This document shows, one piece after another, positions 1 to 10,541 of a stretch of DNA of 64,000 nt; the first letter of the stretch is position 1; every line of letters begins with the position of its first letter. The notes below the pieces were generated by a model. The model was not told where the DNA came from and did no database searches. It saw only the letters and a list, made by a program, of their open reading frames with translations. The stretch comes from Octopus sinensis (lineage: Eukaryota). The position numbers were made by a program, and so were the translations under genes. The stretch is from NCBI RefSeq assembly GCF_006345805.1, contig NC_043026.1:4712001-4776000 (forward strand). Direction: 5' to 3'.

Positions 1-516
1 CTGTACTTTTAAATATGTTATCAAAATTACATCATACAACTTTCATGTGAGGTCTATGTACTTACTGACCTTCACATTGTGTAAAATGTTTGTGTTAAAG
101 TACAAAATAGAGGACAGTAACATTCTTCTTTCTCCAGAAATGTCATTCATCATTGCTTGGTTGTCGCTGTTGTCCAAGATCTCAAGTGACTTTGGAATTG
201 TTGAAACTATTGTTTAACTGAAACTCCATCGCTTACGATGACGAGGGTTCCAGTTGATCCGATCAACAGAACAGCTTGCTCACGAGAATAATGCGCAAGT
301 GGCTGAGTACTCCATAGACATGCATACCCTTTCACATACTTCTCAGGGAGATTCAGCATGACACAGTGTGACAAGGTTGGCCCCTTTACCAGCTGAGTGA
401 ACTGGAGCCCCATGAAATAAAGTGTCTTGCTCAATATGTATATATAAATAATTATCAAAGTTGGGAGGTAAGTCCAGGTAGTTATAAAGTAATGGTGTAA
501 CTAGGAACTTTCTTTT

Positions 517-630
517 AAACTCCCTGATGAAGCTGTTTTACTAAATAGATTGTATTGATTAATCATTTAATTATATAATTATAAATGGATATGCTCTTGG
601 TACATCAGTTGAAACATATGTCGGATGTTT
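517..630 (+). ncRNA. Type I hammerhead ribozyme (Penelope pLTR type), family A
   Basis: aaactcc-CTGATGA-agctg...cagtt-GAAAC-atat-GTC-ggatgttt. Stem I 7 bp with a bulge, stem II 5 bp, palindromic stem III ACATATGT, cleavage after 622. Confidence 0.75.
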
Positions 631-1289
631 CATTTATTAATCTCTCTGTTTTATGGATCTTATAGATATAAAAATAGATAATATACCACTTCCCATTGTT
701 AACTTTGTTTTATATATGTGTGTGTGTGTGCATGAGCTCACATATGTGTGTGTGTGTGCATGAGCTCACATATGTATGTGTGTGTGTGTGTATATATATA
801 CACACACACACGCACAAAGAGTGTCAGGGAATTTGAGAAGACTCAATGGTACAAGTACTAAGGAGAGGCCAATTCCTCTTTGCAAAGACAGAGGAAAACT
901 GTTCCATTGGTGTAGAGTTTCACTTAACACAGTTAAATTTTCTTACAAACATGGCATGCTTTGGTTGGTCTCTGATAAGAAAAACTTAGATTAAGGTCAA
1001 AAGACCGAAAGTCTTAACAAGGAGAAATGACAGGTTCTTCCGATGTCCACAGAGTGATACACATTAAGTTTCTAGCAACAGTTTTTAGTTGTAGTGAGTA
1101 ATGAAGGTCATGTCATATCACCTCACATCTTTCCACAGGGTCTTAGAATTAATACTGCAGGATACATCTTGGTGTTGGATGGACAAAGTATGCAGTGGAA
1201 TGCTATACATGTTTAACCAATACTCAGTGCCTTCTTACAAAGCCCGCATAACCCAAGAGTGGATATCAGACCATCTTTACAATAATTTA

Positions 1290-2195
1290 ACATCAACTGT
1301 TTGTTGCATATATTAATGACATAGATGCCAACTTGAAGAATGTTACAGTATTGAAATAGGCAGATGACATCAAGCTGTACCTTGAGATAAAAAGAACAGA
1401 TCCTATATGCGAGAGAGCTTACCTGCAATTAGACCTGAATGCAATGCAGCAATGGATTACTGACGGGCAACTCTGTGGACAAGTGCACCGCCATGCACTT
1501 TGGGAGGAAAAACCCATCTTAAGAGGTTTGTTGGTGAACGTGATCTGGGTATTATTGTAAACAGCGATCTGCGTTGGACAAACCACATCCCTAAAATTGT
1601 CAAGATGTCTGAGGGTGTCTTAGCATCACTCAGTAAGACCTTTGTCCGTTATTCTCCAGCTGCCTGTTTAAAACTGTATACGACTATGGTCTGTCCAGGG
1701 TTTGCATCACCAGTCTGGAAATCCTATCTTGCTCAGCATATCATTCTCCTGGGAACTGTTCAGAAACCTGCAAACCAACAGATGTCTGATGTCAGGTATC
1801 TACCATACCCTAAACGTCTTGCTTCCCTGAGCATGGACATATTAAAGTTTAGACGTCTGGCAACTGGGTGGGCAGATATCCACAAGATTATCCACCATCT
1901 CTCCAACAACCTTGGGCACTTTTTTGAAATTCAAGTCTAGCTCTCATGAGTAAGCTTACAAAATCACTCAGCAACACAATACCCATGACTTTTGGAAACA
2001 TATTTTCACACTCAAAATTGCTGAAGCATGGAATAAACTATCCAAATCAGTTGTTAGCTGTCGACACACTACAATCCTTCCAAATTTCCAGGCTTCCTAA
2101 AATTCACCAACTGCAGACCTAATGCCACCTATTTTTTTTTTGTAGTGCACACGAGCACTGTATATAACAATTTCATTATTATTATTATTATTTTT
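1290..2195 (+). mobile_element. CR1-clade LINE 3' fragment (RT C-terminus, degenerate)
   Basis: ADDIKLY at ~1360, DKCTAMHFGRKNP, ERDLGIIVNSDLRWTNHI, then a (TTA)n tail. Same family as 24560-25355. Confidence 0.85.
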
Positions 2196-2313
2196 CAAAT
2201 TCTGGCTGTCAAACTTGTCAGACTGAAACCCAATGGACAACTATATTTGAAGCATTGAAAGCAAAACTAATAAGTAACCTCACAATACTATAGTTTCACT
2301 GAAGGTTGCGCTA

Positions 2314-2521
2314 CTACTAGCGAACAGTGGTCCCGGTGCACGCCAGTTAGTCATGACTAGTCAATCCTTACTTTGTTTTAAAAATTATTTACTTTGTGTA
2401 AAAAAAATTATTTATTTTGTGTTTTATTTACTTTGCTGGGTAGTCGTTGTAGGATCGACTACTCACGACTAGCTGGCACGGATGCGCAACTGCGCGCACC
2501 GGGACCACTGTTCGCTAGTAG
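2314..2521. mobile_element. MITE with 26-bp perfect TIRs and TA TSD (Tc1/mariner-type)
   Basis: ctactagcgaacagtggtcccggtgc (2314-2339) and its reverse complement (2496-2521), flanked by TA on both sides. Confidence 0.8.
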
Positions 2522-3110
2522 TACCCAGAACTACATATACAATAAAGCTTTCCAATGAAAAATTTAAAACCGTAATTTGAGAGAAAATTGCCTACTACCT
2601 CTAGCAGGTTGAGAAACCAGGTAAAGGCTACGGCTATATCTCTTTGTTGTTCTTTAAAGCCCAGAGCAGACCTATGATAAAAGTTGTTTCCAAGAATATT
2701 AGGAATCCTATGACCGGTTAATGGAAAAGAAATACTATATATTATATGTTGATAAACGAAGGAAAGATTTTGTGTTTCGCGTGTGATGTTTTAGTTTATC
2801 AAATTTTAGTATCAATTTGTTTGGTGGTTGTGCAAGCTTTCTTTATTTGATGTTGTGCTACTGCCGTCTTCTTTGTCATACGAGTTATTTTCGGTGTGGT
2901 TATGAATTGCTCCTAGTTTTGTTTGTTTTAATTATTCTCGTATTTGAAGTCATGAAATGTAATTTCTTTTATTTTACCAACAAATGAAATACCTTTATGG
3001 AATCGTTTGACCTGTTTGAAATAACATTCTCTGCTCCTGCAGAACAACAACAACAATAACGACATTTAAAATAAAACAACTTTTGAAAATATATGATGAA
3101 TATAGTGGGA

Positions 3111-4271
3111 CTAGCAGCATAGCCCGGCGTTGCCCGGGTATGTAAGAGCCCCTAGTAGGCAACGACTAATCCCAATCTAGTCCTTTCCCTCTAGGGAACT
3201 AAGGCGCATGTGTAGGTTGTAATGTCTTCTCTTCACTCCCAAATAACTATCAAACAGCTATCGATAATTCAACCCAACCAATTCCTACTAGGAAGAAATT
3301 ACATTCGAGACTTTACCCCCAACACCGCCACTTCTGCTAATAGCTGCTGCAGCTGCAAGTTATTCGAATACTTTTTTTGTTTAAACTTTCTTTATAGCTA
3401 CCACCCCAAACGTTTTACCTTAAATTTTTGATGTACCCTAAGGGTCCTTGGACGCTACTTGCAAACTCTTGGTTTATTATAAACCGCTTTTGTTGTGTGC
3501 ACCAAAAAACCTTTTCCATTCGTTTGTTCAGTTTGGTCACTTTTGACTTTTTCGTTGTTGTCACTCACATTGCTGCTAGCTTTTTTGCCGTTTTTGTACA
3601 TTTTTATACATTTTGAGATACTTACCCCACGTGTTCAGAGAGTTAAAAAGGTCGAGTTGCGTCCCCTAGACAGTCTGTGGTTTTGTGTTTAATACACAAA
3701 TCGGTTTGCTATGTGTGCCACATATGATTTAATTAACCGATTTTTTCCAGTAATAATGTATCCTATTGGAATAAAAAGGGCCATATAGCTCCTTGGAGCA
3801 GGCATGATGCTCGCTGTGAATTTTAAAAGAAATTCCTGCCAATTTGTGAAAGGTATTTTCGAAAATATGTCATCTTGAATTTGAACGCGATTTCCCAAAA
3901 TAGCATGATTTTATCGATTTTTTCTGATGGTAAGGTATTGCATGGAAAACTAACGTCAGAATTGAGTTTCTTAGGGTAACATTAAGCTTCACCACGAGTT
4001 TGGTGAAAATCGATTGCAAGTTGCGAAAACTACAACAGAAAATGTGTTGCATATAAAAAGCTTAGATTCTCGACCCCATGTCGAATTTATCGATTCTTTT
4101 CAGAACTGGGGGAACTTTTAAAAATTTTCGCTGCGTTAGTTTTGAATTATGACAATGGGCTATGTGTGTGTCAAGTTTCATCAGAATCGGTTGAAAGCCG
4201 TGGTCAGGGTGAGGGTACAACCTGACAGACACACAGACAGATAAACTGCCGTTTATATATATAGAGAGAGA
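3111..4271 (-). mobile_element. Non-autonomous Helitron
   Basis: Minus strand reads A|TC(TC)n-TATATATATAAAC ... CCCGG-gcaacg-CCGGG-ctatgctg-CTAG|T: 5' TC, subterminal hairpin, 3' CTAG, inserted at an AT site. Confidence 0.8.
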
Positions 4272-4351
4272 TACCTTGAAAACGTAAAATAAAGTGAAGA
4301 GAAAATTGGCGGGAGAAAGTGACACATCCGATTGTCACAAACACACACACA

Positions 4352-4417
<66 letters not shown>

Positions 4418-6311
4418 ACTCTTTCTGTCTCGAAAACCCATTTCATTAAGAAGTAATAATGCAAAAGAAAAAAAATAACTTAAAATTATATAAATATATA
4501 TATGTTCATATATGTGAATGTAGGGGTATTTCTTTTACGAATTTATGTCTAAAGATAAGAATCGAGTCAAACGTTGGCATCAAAAGCTCCAATTTAAGAA
4601 CCGATTATTTCTGAAAACACACTGATTCATTTTTTGTATGGGAATTCGGTGAGGAAACAAAGATTTGCTTTAAGGTGGTAATAATATGTGTAAATAAGAG
4701 AATTAAGTGAAATATTTCGAGGTTACCGTAATTGGCAATCTTTCGTTTCTAGTAGACCTTTCCGTCGATTTCCGTAAAAAAACTTTTCTTTTGTTACATA
4801 TGGGCTTGCGGTAACTTTTGAAGTAATGAGAGCGAAAGAGACTAAGAGAAAGCGATTGTATGACGAGGGAAGTTCTTTTGAAGTTACCGTTCAGGGGAAG
4901 CATTGATGTACATGTGTGTGTGTGTGTGTTTGATGGGGTGCGGGAGACAGAAAGTATGTTGTGTAAGTGAAGTGCTTCTGTTAGTGTGTGTGAAGAGACA
5001 GAGAGAGTAATGTGTGAAAGAGAGAAATAACGGAAATTTTTTACTCGGTGTATGTGTATATGTATGTATGCATGTATGTATGTGTGTGTGTATGTATCTA
5101 TGTATGTGTGTGTGTATGTATGGCCGATTCAGTGTTTACATTATTTCGAGTTAAAACGAAAGATTACCTTTGCCTGTTTATGTAACGGTCTGCTATGTAG
5201 AAAACAATGAGGTTGACTCAATGGAATAATGACAGTGATCGAAGATATAGACAAAATTTTTTTTATTGAATCGTTATACATGCCTTGTCGACTGCTACTG
5301 TGCAGCCTTAATGTCTCTGTTGATGTGACGATGGTGAAATGGTAAGAAAAAGACGGGAGAGTTATAAAATGAGGAGGAGATATTCTTCTCATGAGAAAAG
5401 AGTTGCATTCAAAGGAAAAAAAAAGTTAATAGTCTATAGAGGTGCACAGAAACTGGGTGCAAGCATGCATATATATGCATGTGTAAACATTGTGTTGTGC
5501 AGCAAAAGGAACGAACAGTACAAAATGTGTAACGAAAAGTGACAAAATCCGATTGGTAATGTTCTGTGTGAAAAGTCTATGCTGAAAAGTGAGAAAAGGT
5601 TAGTTCTCTTGGTTGGGTAGCTGTCCTAAGTGTTGCATTTATGTATGGCAACTGTTTCCCTCGTGGATCTGTGCATCGGGATGCAGTACATGTGGAATGT
5701 AATTGGTGTGTGTCCATTGAGTCGGTGACTTCATTCCTTTCGTGTTGTGTTGGGCGTGTGACGATCGAACTGAAAACTATGCGTCGTGAAAGTTCGTGTC
5801 CTATAATTCTTGTTGATGCGACTGGCACGGACTGTAATTGTTTTCAAGAGTTCATGCGATGCTGAAGCAGTAAGTCTTTGAAGTCGAGCTCACCAAATGT
5901 AATGGATAAGGTAACGAAGACTGCAGTTCTGTGGCTCGGGGGTCAGCAATTGTGGCAGGGTTGTTGTGTTCGAATCACGTTGTGGGTAACCAGTTGTATC
6001 GTTGTGGTTGATGTATTCTAATAACGTCTCTCTGCCGATGCTCGATGCTGACAATACAGAATGTGAAGGTGGCATTGTCACTTCTTCATTTCGGCCGACT
6101 GTAGAAAGAGAGGTATATCACTGTGACACCTATTGTTTTCGTGTGGTGTCTGTGTAGACGCGGAAAAGTTTTACGTCAAACGGAAAACACATCAATTGAC
6201 TTAGCAAAGCCATGTGATGAAATTAACTCAAAGCACTACATATGTATAAGTAGCTACAGCTCGTTCTAACCATTTCTCTTATTTCTGTAAAATGAATTGT
6301 GGAAGCAAATT

Positions 6312-6629
6312 TCAGAGAAGAAACTGGATTTGTAACCGACAAACAGGGAATCTCTCCCGATTAAGCTGAAATAAACCTTCAACATACAATTTATTTCTGT
6401 GACTTCCAATAAATCTCGGCCCTTTACTGTTTATACAGCTAAAGCCCACTTTACATTTATAAATTCTTTCATTTAAATATATTTTGCTGTGGTCACCAGT
6501 CTGTGTGAAACACACCATGTTGTTAAATATACCATAGAGATGATATCTTTTCTCATCAACTGTAATGTTGCTATGAATACTGATATACTTTGTATATTTT
6601 GTATATTTTGTATATTTTGTCCCTCTGTC
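6312..6629 (-). pseudogene. Truncated paralog fragment of the 1801-aa propeller gene (end of repeat 4 and the linker to repeat 5)
   Basis: NMVCFTQTGDHSKIYLNERIYKCKVGFSCINSKGPRFIGSHRNKLYVEGLFQLNRERFPVCRLQ aligns to aa 1184-1252 (NILCLTQNGEYERIFLNKRIYKDEVNISSIDCKGPRFVGSSRKGMRWNELYVEGLFMVNRDSFPVARLQ) with 38/64 identities by manual count. Bounded by stops at both ends. Confidence 0.85.
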
Positions 6630-8040
6630 TTATCTCATGGTGCGACACGAACACTTAACGTGGTTTTTATAGTCAGAGTTTCGACTGCTAATTTGGTACG
6701 GTGGAGGTGAGATGTGCAACGGAAGAAATTGCAGCCTCACTGGCTACCACTGTACTAAGAGCCGAAAAATTTATAATGTGGCCCTCATACAAGGGAAGAA
6801 GAGGGGTCCGGGTTAAAATCCCGAATATACCCCCAGAAGTGAAAACAGAATGGCTGGCAACAGCTATTCTAGGAGCAGCAGAAGAGGAAGTGGAGGTGGA
6901 ATCCTTTAAGGAGTCCAACGCGGTAAACTGGAGAGGATATGGGGTAGAACTGTGTTTGATGGCCACAAAAGAGGACATTGAAAGGTTCCCCTACAGAATA
7001 GAAATTGAAGATGAGAAAACCCTCAGTGTAATTGTAGAGGGAAGAAAACCAAACTGTTACCTGTGCGGGACAAGGGGGCACATTAAAAAAGAGTGCCCGT
7101 TATACGAATTCGTAGCGGAGTGCGAGCAGGAACTTGAAGAAAAGAAGAATACGGTAAATGAAAAAGAAAACATAGAAAAGGAAACAAAACAACAAGAGAA
7201 AGGAAATAATAAGTCAATGAAGGAAAAAGAAATAAAAGAAAAGAAAGAAATAGAACCAAAACAGAGTCAGGAAAAAAAAAAGGAAAAAGAACCAACAGGA
7301 AAAAATCAAGAGAAAGATCAGAATCAAACGAAAAGAAAAGACGGCACACAAAAAGAAAAAGAAAAGGAACATAAAACACGAGAGAAAGAGAGAACAGACA
7401 AAGAACCAAAAAGACAAGAGAAGGAAGAAGAAAGAAAAGAAAGCAAAAAGAGAGAAAGAGAGAAACAAAGAGAGGAGAACAAGGAAGAAATAAGCCCAAA
7501 AAGAAAAACGAAGGAAAACGTAGGACGGAAACAAGATTACTGCTTCTACAAGTTAATAACCTTCCATTTCTGCCCCGAAATGAAAGACTTGACATGTAAT
7601 ACGGAGGGACATATATGGGTCAACAGGATGACCGATCAGTGGCAGGAGACTGCTCTAATCCCCGAAGAAAGAGTCGCTGAGTTCCTCAGAGCTGCCGGAG
7701 AGAGTGTAATATTTTACACGAGTGTTCGAGTGAGAGAGCGGCTGCCTGAGGGCTCAGTGATTGACTTTAGAGAATTGAAAGCCATTATGGAATACGTATA
7801 GAATTGTGAGAAGAGAGAGAAGAAAGAAGAAAAAAAAAAGAAAATTTTGTGAAATATATGTGACGAAAATGTAACCTCTCGATTCCGGGGATCGAGTGGG
7901 CATTTACATCTCATTGTAAATATTCTTTCATATGTCATTTTTTACTTTTATTTTTTCCTTTTCTTGTCATTCGCTTTCTTATTTTAAGTTCCCCGACTGT
8001 ACTGTCCCATCTATGTTCGCCCCTTGTGGGTAGTAATAAA
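6620..8040 (+). mobile_element. Putative ORF1-only non-autonomous retroelement (HAL1-like) with SINE-like 3' tail
   Basis: Carries the CCHC ORF, a 3' hairpin CTCGAT-tccgggg-ATCGAG (~7877-7895) and a tail 8003-8036 matching the SINE tail at 44387-44425 (reverse complement), ending in AATAAA. No TSD seen; boundaries approximate. Confidence 0.5.
6701..7801 (+). CDS. ORF1/gag-like protein (RRM-like segment, CCHC zinc knuckle, K/E-rich linker, C-terminal domain); L1/Tx1-ORF1 or ZCCHC3-like
   Basis: 366-codon open frame (GTG start in the track; first ATG at codon 26). RVKIPNIPPEV resembles an ORF1 RRM-like strand. CYLCGTRGHIKKEC fits C-x2-C-x4-H-x4-C. Strong purine skew. No endonuclease/RT ORF follows. 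Confidence 0.72.
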   Translation: MEVRCATEEIAASLATTVLRAEKFIMWPSYKGRRGVRVKIPNIPPEVKTEWLATAILGAAEEEVEVESFKESNAVNWRGYGVELCLMATKEDIERFPYRIEIEDEKTLSVIVEGRKPNCYLCGTRGHIKKECPLYEFVAECEQELEEKKNTVNEKENIEKETKQQEKGNNKSMKEKEIKEKKEIEPKQSQEKKKEKEPTGKNQEKDQNQTKRKDGTQKEKEKEHKTREKERTDKEPKRQEKEEERKESKKREREKQREENKEEISPKRKTKENVGRKQDYCFYKLITFHFCPEMKDLTCNTEGHIWVNRMTDQWQETALIPEERVAEFLRAAGESVIFYTSVRVRERLPEGSVIDFRELKAIMEYV

Positions 8041-9524
8041 ATTACATGTGTAATACTCCACCCTCTCTCTCCCCCTTTCTCTGTCTATAGACGTATGTAA
8101 ATATTCATACACACTTACATATATAAATATTTACCTGCTTATGTACATACATAAATACATACATATACACACATCCGTTAGTTTTCCTTTCTTTTTCACG
8201 TCCAAATTAATTATAATTCCTAATTAATGACTTAATTGTGAGACCTTAATGTCATTTTACATTATTTAATTCATAAAAATGCTGACAATGTCTCTTTGAT
8301 TTTAAATAAATAATTTAGACAAAGTTTTGTCTAAATTTCCCGCCTTTTTCTCCACGTTTTTTGTCATTCAAATTAGCGTTGCTAGGAAACAAATAGAAAC
8401 AATTGAACGGGAGACAGCAGAAGTTATAGAGAGACTCCAGACTGGGCAGTTTGTATGATACCAGACCCGAAATATCCCCAGACACCCTTAAGTATGGATG
8501 GTCAGAAATGGATTTACCTGTCGTCTTTTCTATGTGTGTGCAAGAAGTCTACGTATAATAATGTATAATTATATGTATATATATCTGTTGGTGTATATAT
8601 ATCTGAGTTTATATATGAATATGCATGTATGTATAATATTCTGCTTTCCTGTGGGTATAATTATGATGTATATTTATATTCCTATATAAATGTATCGGCA
8701 ATCCTATACAATAGAATCGGAAATTATCCAAAACCTCAAATATTCCAACATCTTTTGATATTTCTTTTTTAAACTTGTACATATACATGAATAAATGTAT
8801 ACACAAACACACATACATATAATATATATATACACACCTACATTTCTACAGTCATATACATATATATATATATATATATACATCCTGTGGCATAACTACA
8901 GATGAACACCCCATCGACTTTGTTTCCTCATAACTTCCAGGAAACTGGATATTTTTAATGAAACTTCCACTTTCATTTTCTAACAGAAAAGGATGCTCTC
9001 AAAAGAAATCCTCTTTTACAAAACTCTTATTTAAATCCCTGTGGATAAATCCCAGCAAGAATCTTCTCAGGCTCTCCAATATTTTACAATTATATAAAGA
9101 GAAAGAATCGGGGGCTAGGAAGTGGGGCTAAAAATAATCAGAGATTTTAAAAATATTCTTTTTATTTTTTTATAACATAAATGTGTTTCTGAGGGAAAAA
9201 ATGAGAAAAAAAAAAAAGACAAGGAGGGTGGTGTGCTAGAAACAACAGCCAAATCTCCCTTAAATCACACACTTTTTCCCTCGAACACTTACAAAACATT
9301 TTGCCAACAAATTTCTTTTTAATCGTAATCTGCATCGTTTGAAAGTTATTTCTACCAAATTTCATTCAAAAATACCCATTTTTATACAAAAATACCTTTA
9401 TACACATGTATATACCTACATATACACACATGTCTTTGCTATGTTTTTTAAACACATAAAACTCATAGATGCATACTTTTATAATATTTTACACTTAAAC
9501 CGCCACAGGACAATATTTTTAGAG

Positions 9525-9880
9525 TTGCTTCTTAAAGTGTCCTTCACTTTTTTTTATGAAAAACGATACAAATTTCAGAGTATTTGGCTGTTATTTCTAG
9601 CATGATGTTAGGCCATCTATAGGACAATATTTGACATGGATGCTTTGTAAATTGTCCTTCGATTTTTATTTGTGATGAAATAAAAATGTGAAGGTTTAGG
9701 TGGCTCTTTCTAGCATGAAATGAGACCATATACAGGTCAATTTTATTTATGAATGCTTCTTATCTGTCCTTCAAATTTTATATGAAAAGTAAAATGGTTT
9801 CTATTTCTAGCATGAAAGATGACCAGCTATGGGAAAGCTTTCACTGAATGCTTCTTCAAGTGTCCTTCTCTTTTTTTATG
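9525..9880. repeat. Degenerate tandem repeat, ~100-115-bp unit, ~3 copies
   Basis: TTCTAGCATGA recurs at ~9595, 9708 and 9806; TGTCCTTC at ~9538, 9653, 9765 and 9861. Confidence 0.6.
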
Positions 9881-10044
9881 AACCCCCAACAGCAACAACA
9901 ACAACAACAACCCTACGAGGACGAAAGGCAATGTTTGTGCATGTGTGCAGTTGGAATGTCACTGCAACAACAACAACAACAATCTATTCTTATTAAACGT
10001 TAAAAACTGTCAGATGCAGACTGCACACACGCACACACAACGCT

Positions 10045-10170
10045 GATGACGATGACGATGATGGTGATGATGATGATGATGACGACGATGATGATGATGA
10101 TGACGATGATGATGGCGATGATGGTGATGATGATGACGATGATGATGACCACGACGACGACGACGGCGGC
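10045..10170. repeat. (GAT/GAC)n trinucleotide microsatellite downstream of the propeller gene
   Basis: Direct observation; source of the poly-Ser artefact ORF at 9993-10319. Confidence 0.9.
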
Positions 10171-10541
10171 GGTGGTCGTCTGCCTTTTAATGGAGAATCA
10201 ATGATTATGAAAGTCTCTGCTTTCGGACCAGACATTCCTATACATACATGCATGCGTATATATATATATATAGATATACACACACAAACATACATACTTA
10301 TAGCCTTATTTCTATACATACATTCCTAAATATGTGTGTATATATATATAAACACATGTGTATATACTGTATATAAATATACACACACAAAGAGAGAGTG
10401 TTGAGGAATGTTACAACAATAAGTGTTAGTGTGTAGAATGCAATGTATGCGATGCAGGTTCGATTCCTGGGTGAAGCCATTTACAACAACAACAACAATA
10501 AGAAGAAGAAGAAGATTGAAGTTTAATATTTCTGGAAATAT

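Noticed and set aside
5570-6200. GC-richer stretch with short ORFs; considered as Helitron Rep or Penelope GIY-YIG remnant
   Set aside because: No diagnostic motif in any frame I translated; left unassigned.
7083-7595. Hydrophobic F/L-rich minus-strand ORFs that look like membrane proteins
   Set aside because: They are the antisense shadow of the A-rich K/E linker of the CCHC ORF.
8378-8391. RFX X-box-like GTTGCTAGGAAAC
   Set aside because: A single short motif with no identifiable adjacent exon or TSS; could be chance.
9993-10319. Poly-Ser ORF downstream of the propeller gene
   Set aside because: It is the reverse translation of a (GAT/GAC)n microsatellite.
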